NCBI RefSeq assembly: GCF_009914755.1
Contig: NC_060939.1
Source: the human T2T-CHM13v2.0 reference genome, Homo sapiens
Strand: one strand, 5' to 3'
DNA: 64,000 bases
Positions within the stretch are counted from its first letter, which is position 1, and the number at the start of each line of letters is the position of its first letter. Shown here piece by piece: positions 1 through 11,599 of the stretch. The notes under the pieces were generated by a model. That model was not told the DNA's origin and did no database searches. It was given only the letters and a program-made list of their open reading frames with translations. The translations under genes were made by a program, and so were the position numbers.

Positions 1-749
1 AATCCATTACTATTGAGTCCGTTTTATTCCAGTCCACTGCATTCTGGTCCATTCCATTTGATTCCATTCCATTCTATTCCATTCCATACAGTTGCATTCC
101 ATTGGATTCCATGCTATATCTATAAATTCAATTCGAGACCATTGCTTTTGAGTCCATTCTATATGATTCCATTCCATTCAAGTCCATTACATTTGGTTAA
201 ATTCCATTCCATTCGGTTCAATTCCATTCCATTCCATTCCCTTCCATTCCATTCCAGTTGATATCAATCCATTCGATTCCATTCCATTCGAGCACATTCC
301 ATTCGAGTCCATTCCATTCGATGCCATTCCATTTGATTCTATTCCATTAGTCTCCATTCAATTCCATTAATCTCCATTCCATTCCATTCTACTCCAACTG
401 ATTCCATTCCATTCTATTCCTTTCCATTCCATTTCATTCCATTCCATTCCATTCCATTCCATTCCATTCCATTCCATTCGTGTCCATTCCACTCCAGTCC
501 ATTCCATTCGTATCCATTCCATTCCAGTCCATTCCATTTGTGTCCACTGCATTCCATTCCACTCCATTCCATATTATTCCATTACACTCCATTCCATTCT
601 ATTACTTTCATTTCCATTCAATTCCATTCCATTTGATTCCATTCCACTCGGTTTCATTCCATTTGAGTCCACTCCATTCCATTCCATTCCATTCAGTTCC
701 ATTCCATTCTGTTCCATTCCATTCCGTTCCAATACATTCCATTCCATTC

Positions 750-755
750 GGTACC
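750..755. other. KpnI site (GGTACC), one per monomer; first copy shown
   Basis: CGGTACCA is visible once in each monomer (e.g. 750, ~2530, ~4434, ~6236, ~8044). It predicts a ~1.8 kb KpnI ladder. Confidence 0.95.
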
Positions 756-1143
756 ATTCCATATTGTTCCATTCGATTCCATTCGAATCCATTCCATTCC
801 AGTCCATTCCATTCGATTCCATTCCATTCATTTCAATTCCATTCCATTCCATTCCATTACATTCCACTTGATTCCTCTCCATTCCCTTCCACTGCATTCC
901 GTTCGATTCCATTCCATTGCATTGCATTCCATTCCATTGGATTGCATTCTATTCGATTCCATTCCATTCGAATCAATTACATAGCAATCCATTACATTCG
1001 AGTCTATTCTCTTCCGTTCCATTCGATTTCGTTCCAATCCATTCGATTCCATTCCATTCGATTCCATTCCATACTATTGCATTCCATTCGATTACATTAT
1101 ATTCGAATAAGTTCCATTCAAGACCATTTCTTTTGAGTCCATT

Positions 1144-2922
1144 CTATTTGAGTCCATTCCCTTTGATTCCATAACATTTGAGTCCATTCAATTCCATTCC
1201 TTTCGTTTCCATTCCATTTGATGCCATTCCATTCAATTCTGTTCTACTCGACTCCAATACATTCAATTCCATTCCATCCGATTCCATTACATTCTTTTCA
1301 TTTCTTATCCATTTCAAGCCATTCCACTCCATTCCATTCCACTCGTTTCCTTTCCATTCGAGTCCATTCCTCTCCAGTCCATTCCGTTCAATCCATTCCA
1401 TTCCAGTCCATTCCATTCGAGTCCGTTCCATTCCAGTCCATTCCATTCGAGTCAATTCCATTCCATTCGATGTCTTTCCATAACGATCCATTCCATTCTA
1501 TTCCTTTCGATTCCATTCCATTCTATTTCATTCCATTCGATTCCCTTCCATTGGACTCCTTTCCATTCGAGTGCATTCCATTCCGTTCCATTTCTTTCCG
1601 TTCTGTACGATTCCTACCGTTCGATTTCATTTTGTTCCAGTCCATTCCTTTCGCGTCCATTCCATTCCATTTCACTCCATTCGATTCCATTCCACTCGAT
1701 TCCACTTCGTTCCATTTCATTGCATTCCATTCTATTCAACTCTATTGCCTTCCATTCCATTCCATTCGATTACATTCCATGCGATTCCATTCGAAATCGA
1801 ATCAATTACATTGCAAACCATTACTATTGAGTCCGTTTTATTCCAGTCCACTGCATTCTGGTCCATTCCATTTGATTCCATTCCATTCTATTCCATTCCA
1901 TACAGTTGCATTCCATTGGATTCCATGCTATATCTATAAATTCAATTCGAGACCATTGCTTTTGAGTCCATTCTATATGATTCCATTCCATTCAAGTCCA
2001 TTACATTTGGTTCAATTCCATTCCATTCCATTCCCTTTCATTCCATTCCATTTGATATCAATCCATTCGATTCCATTCCATTCGAGCACATTCCATTCGA
2101 GTCCATTCCATTCGATGCCATTCCATTTGATTCTATTCCATTAGTCTCCATTCAATTCCATTAATCTCCATTCCATTCCATTCTACTCCTACTGATTCAA
2201 TTCCATTCTATTCCTTTCCATTCCATTTCATTCCATTCCATTCCATTTCATTCCATTCCATTCCATTCGTGTCCATTCCACTCCAGTCCATTCCATTCGT
2301 GTCCATTCCATTCCAGTCCATTCCATTTGTGTCCACTGCATTCCATTCCACTCCATTCCATATTATTCCATTACACTCCATTCCATTCTATTACTTTCAT
2401 TTCCATTCAATTCCATTCCATTTGATTCCATTCCACTCGGTTTCATTCCATTTGAGTCCACTCCATTCCATTCCATTAAATTCCATTCAGTTCCATTCCA
2501 TTCTGTTCCATAACATTCCATTCCATTCGGTACCATTACATATTGTTCCATTCGATTCCATTCGAATCCATTCCATTCCAGTCCATTCCATTCGATTCCA
2601 TTCCATTCATTTCAATTCCATTCCATTCCATTCCATTACATTCCACTTGATTCCTCTCCATTCCCTTCCACTGCATTCCGTTCGATTCCATTCCATTGCA
2701 TTGCATTCCATTCCATTGGATTGCATTCCATTCGATTCCATTCCATTCGAATCAATTACATAGCAATCCATTACATTCGAGTCTATTCTATTCCGTTCCA
2801 TTCGATTTCGTTCCAATCCATTCGATTCCATTCCATTCGATTCCATTCCATACTATTGCATTCCATTCGATTACATTATATTCGAATAAGTTCCATTCAA
2901 GACCATTTCTTTTGAGTCCATT
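1144..2922 (+). repeat. Representative ~1.8 kb monomer (class A, 1779 bp)
   Basis: Unique landmarks occur once per period: GATGTCTTTCCATAACGATCC, CTGTACGATTCCTACCGTTCG, TTTCGCGTCC, CTATATCTATAAATTC, GATATC, CGAGCAC, TTAGTCTCC, GGTACC. Confidence 0.95.
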
Positions 2923-4080
2923 CTATTTGAGTCCATTCCCTTTGATTCCATAACATTTGAGTCCATTCAATTCCATTCCTTTCGTTTCCATTCCATTTGA
3001 TGCCATTCCATTCAATTCTGTTCTACTCGACTCCAATACATTCAATTCCATTCCATCCGATTCCATTACATTCTTTTCATTTCTTATCCATTTCAAGCCA
3101 TTCCACTCCATTCCATTCCACTCGTTTCCTTTCCATTCGAGTCCATTCCTCTCCAGTCCATTCCGTTCAATCCATTCCATTCCAGTCCATTCCATTCGAG
3201 TCCGTTCCATTCCAGTCCATTCCATTCGAGTCAATTCCATCCCATTCGATGTCTTTCCATAACGATCCATTCCACTCTATTCCTTTCGATTCCATTCCAT
3301 TCTATTTCATTCCATTCGATTCCCTTCCATTGGACTCCTTTCCATTCGAGTGCATTCCATTCCGTTCCATTTCTTTCCGTTCTGTACGATTCCTACCGTT
3401 CGATTTCATTTTGTTCCAGTCCATTCCTTTCGCGTCCATTCCATTCCATTTCACTCCATTCGATTCCATTCCCCTCGATTCCACTTCGTTCCATTTCATT
3501 GCATTCCATTCTATTCAACTCTATTGCCTTCCATTCCATTCCATTCGATTACATTCCATGCGATTCCATTCGAAATCGAATCAATTACATTGCAATCCAT
3601 TACTATTGAGTCCATTTTATTCCAGTCCACTGCATTCTGGTCCATTCCATTTGATTCCATTCCATTCTATTCCATTCCATACAGTTGCATTCCATTGAAC
3701 TCCATTGTATATCTATAAATTCAATTCGAGACCATTGCTTTTGAGTCCATTCTATATGATTCCATTCCATTCAAGTCCATTACATTTGGTTCAATTCCAT
3801 TCCATTCCATTCCCTTCCATTCCATTCCAGTTGATATCAATCCATTCGATTCCATTCCATTCGAGCACATTCCATTCGAGTCCATTCCATTCGATGCCAT
3901 TCCATTTGATTCTATTCCATTAGTCTCCATTCAATTCCATTAATCTCCATTCCATTCCATTCTACTCCAACTGATTCCATTCCATTCTATTCCTTTCCAT
4001 TCCATTTCATTCCATTCCATTCCATTTCATTCCATTCCATTCCATTTCATTCCATTCCATTCCATTCCATTCCATTCGCT

Positions 4081-4260
4081 TCCATTCCATTCGTGTCCAT
4101 TGCATTCCAGTCCATGCCATTTGTGTCCACTGCATTCCATTCCACTCCATTCCATATTATTCCATTACACTCCATTCCATTCGTGTCCATTGCATTCCAG
4201 TCCATGCCATTTGTGTCCACTGCATTCCATTCCACTCCATTCCATATTATTCCATTACAC
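4081..4260 (+). repeat. Perfect 90 bp tandem duplication inside the 1884 bp monomer
   Basis: 4081-4170 equals 4171-4260 (TCGTGTCCATTGCATTCCAGTCCATGCC... starts at 4091 and 4181). Confidence 0.95.
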
Positions 4261-5910
4261 TCCATTCCATTCTATTACTTTCATTTCCATTGAATTCCAT
4301 TCCATTTGATTCCATTCCACTCGGTTTCATTCCATTTGAGTCCACTCCACTCCATTCCATTCCATTCCATTCCATTCAGTTCCATTCCATTCTGTTCCAT
4401 TCCATTCCGTTCCATTGCATTCCATTCCATTCGGTACCATTCCATATTGTTCCATTCGATTCCATTCGAATCCATTCCATTCCAGTCCATTCCATTCGAT
4501 TCCATTCCATTCCTTTCAATTCCATTCCATTCCATTCCATTCCACTTGATTCCACTCCATTCCCTTCCACTGCATTCCATTGCATTGCATTCCATTCCAT
4601 TGGACTGCATTCCATTCGATTCCATTCCATTCGAATCAATTACATAGCAATCCATTACATTCGAGTCTATTCTATTCCGTTCCATTCGATTTCGTTCCAA
4701 TCCATTCGATTCCATTCCATTCGATTCCATTCCATACTATTGCATTCCATTCTATTACATTACACTCGAATAAGTTCCATTCAAGACCATTTCTTTTGAG
4801 TCCATTCTATTTGAGTCCATTCCCTTTGATTCCATAACATTTGAGTCCATTCAATTCCATTCCTTTCGTTTCCATTCCATTTGATGCCATTCCATTCAAT
4901 TCTGTTCTACTCGACTCCAATACATTCAATTCCATTCCATCCGATTCCATTACATTCTTTTCATTTCTTATCCATTTCAAGCCATTCCACTCCATTCCAT
5001 TCCACTCGTTTCCTTTCCATTCGAGTCCATTCCTCTCCAGTCCATTCCGTTCAATCCATTCCATTCCAGTCCATTCCATTCGAGTCCGTTCCATTCCAGT
5101 CCATTCCATTCGAGTCAATTCCATCCCATTCGATGTCTTTCCATAACGATCCATTCCATTCTATTCCTTTCGATTCCATTCCATTCTATTTCATTCCATT
5201 CGATTCCCTTCCATTGGACTCCTTTCCATTCGAGTGCATTCCATTCCGTTCCATTTCTTTCCGTTCTGTACGATTCCTACCGTTCGATTTCATTTTCTTC
5301 CAGTCCATTCTTTCGCGTCCATTCCATTCCATTTCACTCCATTCGATTCCATTCCACTCGATTCCACTTCGTTCCATTTCATTGCATTCCATTCTATTCA
5401 ACTCTATTGCCTTCCATTCCATTCCATTCGATTACATTCCATGCGATTCCATTCGAAATCGAATCAATTACATTGCAATCCATTACTATTGAGTCCGTTT
5501 TATTCCAGTCCACTGCATTCTGGTCCATTCCATTTGATTCCATTCCATTCTATTCCATTCCATACAGTTGCATTCCATTGGATTCCATGCTATATCTATA
5601 AATTCAATTCGAGACCATTGCTTTTGAGTCCATTCTATATGATTCCATTCCATTCAAGTCCATTACATTTGGTTAAATTCCATTCCATTCGGTTCAATTC
5701 CATTCCATTCCATTCCCTTCCATTCCATTCCAGTTGATATCAATCCATTCGATTCCATTCCATTCGAGCACATTCCATTCGAGTCCATTCCATTCGATGC
5801 CATTCCATTTGATTCTATTCCATTAGTCTCCATTCAATTCCATTAATCTCCATTCCATTCCATTCTACTCCAACTGATTCCATTCCATTCTATTCCTTTC
5901 CATTCCATTT

Positions 5911-5965
5911 CATTCCATTCCATTCCATTCCATTCCATTCCATTCCATTCCATTCCATTCCATTC
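5911..5965 (+). repeat. Pure (CATTC)11 microsatellite; longest example of a length-variable tract present in each monomer
   Basis: Eleven uninterrupted CATTC units precede GTGTCC. The equivalent tract has 5 units at 43673-43697 and 8-10 units in many other monomers. Confidence 0.9.
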
Positions 5966-8900
5966 GTGTCCATTCCACTCCAGTCCATTCCATTCGTATC
6001 CATTCCATTCCAGTCCATTCCATTTGTGTCCACTGCATTCCATTCCACTCCATTCCATATTATTCCATTACACTCCATTCCATTCTATTACTTTCATTTC
6101 CATTCAATTCCATTCCATTTGATTCCATTCCACTCGGTTTCATTCCATTTGAGTCCACTCCATTCCATTCCATTCCATTCAGTTCCATTCCATTCTGTTC
6201 CATTCCATTCCGTTCCGTTACATTCCATTCCATTCGGTACCATTCCATATTGTTCCATTCGATTCCATTCGAATCCATTCCATTCCAGTCCATTCCATTC
6301 GATTCCATTCCATTCATTTCAATTCCATTCCATTCCATTCCATTATATTCCTCTTGATTCCTCTCCATTCCCTTCCACTGCATTCCGTTCGATTCCATTC
6401 CATTGCATTGCATTCCATTCCATTGGATTGCATTCCATTCGATTCCATTCCATTCGAATCAATTACATAGCAATCCATTACATTCGAGTCTATTCTCTTC
6501 TGTTCCATTCGATTTCGTTCCAATCCATTCGATTCCATTCCATTCGATTCCATTCCATACTATTGCATTCCATTCGATTACATTATATTCGAATAAGTTC
6601 CATTCAAGACCATTTCTTTTGAGTCCATTCTATTTGAGTCCATTCCCTTTGATTCCATAACATTTGAGTCCATTCAATTCCATTCCTTTCGCTTCCATTC
6701 CATTTGATGCCATTCCATTCAATTCTGTTCTACTCGACTCCAATACATTCAATTCCATTCCATCCGATTCCATTACATTCTTTTCATTTCTTATCCATTT
6801 CAAGCCATTCCACTCCATTCCATTCCACTCGTTTCCTTTCCATTCGAGTCCATTCCTCTCCAGTCCATTCCGTTCAATCCATTCCATTCCAGTCCATTCC
6901 ATTCGAGTCCGTTCCATTCCAGTCCATTCCATTCGAGTCAATTCCATTCCATTCGATGTCTTTCCATAACGATCCATTCCATTCTATTCCTTTCGATTCC
7001 ATTCCATTCTATTTCATTCCATTCGATTCCCTTCCATTGGACTCCTTTCCATTCGAGTGCATTCCATTCCGTTCCATTTCTTTCCGTTCTGTACGATTCC
7101 TACCGTTCGATTTCATTTTGTTCCAGTCCATTCTTTCGCGTCCATTCCATTCCATTTCACTCCATTCGATTCGATTCCACTCGATTCCACTTCGTTCCAT
7201 TTCATTGCATTCCATTCTATTCAACTCTATTGCCTTCCATTCCATTCCATTCCATTACATTCCATGCGATTCCATTCGAAATCGAATCAATTACATTGCA
7301 ATCCATTACTATTGAGTCCGATTTATTCCAGTCCACTGCATTCTGGTCCATTCCATTTGATTCCATTCCATTCTATTCCATTCCATACATTTGCATTCCA
7401 TTGGATTCCATGCTATATCTATAAATTCAATTCGAGACCATTGCTTTTGAGTCCATTCTATATGATTCCATTCCATTCAAGTCCATTACATTTGGTTAAA
7501 TTCCATTCCATTCGGTTCAATTCCATTCCATTCCATTCCCTTCCATTCCATTCCAGTTGATATCAATCCATTCGATTCCATTCCATTCGAGCACATTCCA
7601 TTCGAGTCCATTCCATTCGATGCCATTCCATTTGATTCTATTCCATTAGTCTCCATTCAATTCCATTAATCTCCATTCCATTCCATTCTACTCCAACTGA
7701 TTCCATTCCATTCTATTCCTTTCCATTCCATTTCATTCCATTCCATTCCATTCCATTCCATTCCATTCCATTCGTGTCCATTCCACTCCAGTCCATTCCA
7801 TTCGTATCCATTCCATTCCAGTCCATTCCATTTGTGTCCACTGCATTCCATTCCACTCCATTCCATATTATTCCATTACACTCCATTCCATTCTATTACT
7901 TTCATTTCCATTCAAATCCATTCCATTTGATTCCATTCCACTCGGTTTCATTCCATTTGAGTCCACTCCATTCCATTCCATTCCATTCAGTTCCATTCCA
8001 TTCTGTTCCATTCCATTCCGTTCCATTACATTGCATTCCATTCGGTACCATTCCATATTGTTCCATTCGATTCCATTCGAATCCATTCCATTCCAGTCCA
8101 TTCCATTCGATTCCATTCCATTCATTTCAATTCCATTCCATTCCATTCCATTACATTCCACTTGATTCCTCTCCATTCCCTTCCACTGCATTCCGTTCGA
8201 TTCCATTCCATTGCATTGCATTCCATTCCATTGGATTGCATTCCATTCGATTCCATTCCATTCGAATCAATTACATAGCAATCCATTACATTCGAGTCTA
8301 TTCTCTTCCGTTCCATTCGATTTCGTTCCAATCCATTCGATTCCATTCCATTCGATTCCATTCCATACTATTGCATTCCATTCGATTACATTATATTCGA
8401 ATAAGTTCCATTCAAGACCATTTCTTTTGAGTCCATTCTATTTGAGTCCATTCCCTTTGATTCCATAACATTTGAGTCCATTCAATTCCATTCCTTTCGT
8501 TTCAATTCCATTTGATGCCATTCCATTCAATTCTGTTCTACTCGACTCCAATACATTCAATTCCATTCCATCCGATTCCATTACATTCTTTTCATTTCTT
8601 ATCCATTTCAAGCCATTCCACTCCATTCCATTCCACTCGTTTCCTTTCCATTCGAGTCCATTCCTCTCCAGTCCATTCCATTCAATCCATTCCATTCCAG
8701 TCCATTCCATTCGAGTCCGTTCCATTCCAGTCCATTCCATTCGAGTCAATTCCATTCCATTCGATGTCTTTCCATAACGATCCATTCCATTCTATTCCTT
8801 TCGATTCCATTCCATTCTATTTCATTCCATTCGATTCCCTTCCATTGGACTCCTTTCCATTCGAGTGCATTCCATTCCGTTCCATTTCTTTCCGTTCTGT

Positions 8901-11599
8901 ACGATTCCTACCGTTCGATTTCATTTTGTTCCAGTCCATTCTTTCGCGTCCATTCATTCCATTTCACTCCATTCGATTCCATTCCACTCGATTCCACTTC
9001 GTTCCATTTCATTGCATTCCATTCTATTCAACTCTATTGCCTTCCATTCCATTCCATTCGATTACATTCCATGCGATTCCATTCGAAATCGAATCAATTA
9101 CATTGCAATCCATTACTATTGAGTCCGTTTTATTCCAGTCCACTGCATTCTGGTCCATTCCATTTGATTCCATTCCATTCTATTCCATTCCATACAGTTG
9201 CATTCCATTGGATTCCATGCTATATCTATAAATTCAATTCGAGACCATTGCTTTTGAGTCCATTCTATATGATTCCATTCCATTCAAGTCCATTACATTT
9301 GGTTAAATTCCATTCCATTCGGTTCAATTCCATTCCATTCCATTCCCTTCCATTCCATTCCAGTTGATATCAATCCATTCGATTCCATTCCATTCGAGCA
9401 CATTCCATTCGAGTCCATTCCATTCGATGCCATTCCATTTGATTCTATTCCATTAGTCTCCATTCAATTCCATTAATCTCCATTCCATTCCATTCTACTC
9501 CAACTGATTCCATTCTATTCTATTCCTTTTTATTCCATTTCATTCCATTCCATTCCATTCCATTCCATTCCATTCCATTCGTGTCCATTCCACTCCAGTC
9601 CATTCCATTCGTATCCATTCCATTCCAGTCCATTCCATTTGTGTCCACTGCATTCCATTCCACTCCATTCCATATTATTCCATTACACTCCATTCCATTC
9701 TATTACTTTCATTTCCATTCAATTCCATTCCATTTGATTCCATTCCACTCGGTTTCATTCCATTTGAGTCCACTCCATTCCATTCCATTCCATTCAGTTC
9801 CATTCCATTCTGTTCCATTCCATTCCGTTCCATTACATTCCATTCCATTCGGTACCATTCCATATTGTTCCATTCGATTCCATTCGAATCCATTCCATTC
9901 CAGTCCATTCCATTCGATTCCATTCCATTCATTTCAATTCCATTCCATTCCATTCCATTACATTCCACTTGATTCCTCTCCATTCCCTTCCACTGCATTC
10001 CGTTCGATTCCATTCCATTGCATTGCATTCCATTCCATTGGATTGCATTCCATTCGATTCCATTCCATTCGAATCAATTACATAGCAATCCATTACATTC
10101 GAGTCTATTCTATTCCGTTCCATTCGATTTCGTTCCAATCCATTCGATTCCATTCCATTCGATTCCATTCCATACTATTGCATTCCATTCGATTACATTA
10201 TATTCGAATAAGTTCCATTCAAGACCATTTCTTTTGAGTCCATTCTATTTGAGTCCATTCCCTTTGATTCCATAACATTTGAGTCCATTCAATTCCATTC
10301 CTTTCGTTTCCATTCCATTTGATGCCATTCCATTCAATTCTGTTCTACTCGACTCCAATACATTCAATTCCATTCCATCCGATTCCATTACATTCTTTTC
10401 ATTTCTTATCCATTTCAAGCCATTCCACTCCATTCCATTCCACTCGTTTCCTTTCCATTCGAGTCCATTCCTCTCCAGTCCATTCCGTTCAATCCATTCC
10501 ATTCCAGTCCATTCCATTCGAGTCCGTTCCATTCCAGTCCATTCCATTCGAGTCAATTCCATTCCATTCGATGTCTTTCCATAACGATCCATTCCATTCT
10601 ATTCCTTTCGATTCCATTCCATTCTATTTCATTCCATTCGATTCCCTTCCATTGGACTCCTTTCCATTCGAGTGCATTCCATTCCGTTCCATTTCTTTCC
10701 GTTCTGTACGATTCCTACCGTTCGATTTCATTTTCTTCCAGTCCATTCTTTCGCGTCCATTCCATTCCATTTTACTCCATTCGATTCCATTCCACTCGAT
10801 TCCACTTCGTTCCATTTCATTGCATTCCATTCTATTCAACTCTATTGCCTTCCATTCCATTCCATTCGATTACATTCCATGCGATTCCATTCGAAATCGA
10901 ATCAATTACATTGCAATCCATTACTATTGAGTCCGTTTTATTCCAGTCCACTGCATTCTGGTCCATTCCATTTGATTCCATTCCATTCTATTCCATTCCA
11001 TACAGTTGCATTCCATTGGATTCCATGCTATATCTATAAATTCAATTCGAGACCATTGCTTTTGAGTCCATTCTATATGATTCCATTCCATTCAAGTCCA
11101 TTACATTTGGTTAAATTCCATTCCATTCGGTTCAATTCCATTCCATTCCATTCCCTTCCATTCCATTCCAGTTGATATCAATCCATTCGATTCCATTCCA
11201 TTCGAGCACATTCCATTCGAGTCCATTCCATTCGATGCCATTCCATTTGATTCTATTCCATTAGTCTCCATTCAATTCCATTAATCTCCATTCCATTCCA
11301 TTCTACTCCAACTGATTCCATTCCATTCTATTCCTTTTTATTCCATTCCATTCCATTCCATTCCATTCCATTCGTGTCCATTCCACTCCAGTCCATTCCA
11401 TTCGTATCCATTCCATTCCAGTCCATTCCATTTGTGTCCACTGCATTCCATTCCACTCCATTCCATATTATTCCATTACACTCCATTCCATTCTATTACT
11501 TTCATTTCCATTCAATTCCATTCCATTTGATTCCATTCCACTCTGTTTCATTCTATTTGAGTCCACTCCATTCCATTCCATTCCATTCAGTTCCATTCC

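Noticed and set aside
474-560. 30 bp-period triplet (CGTG/CGTA/TGTG at 479, 509, 539) as a functional element
   Set aside because: It is a small fixed internal duplication of the kind expected in pentamer-derived satellites, with nothing to suggest function.
1102-1114. Canonical heat-shock element at TTCGAATAAGTTC
   Set aside because: GAA/TTC spacing does not fit alternating nGAAn pentamers (nTTCnnGAAn).
1599-1660. CpG-rich patch (GTACGATTCCTACCGTTCG...TCGCGT) as a CpG island or CENP-B box
   Set aside because: It is too short and AT-rich for an island, and does not match the CENP-B box core TTCGNNNNANNCGGG.
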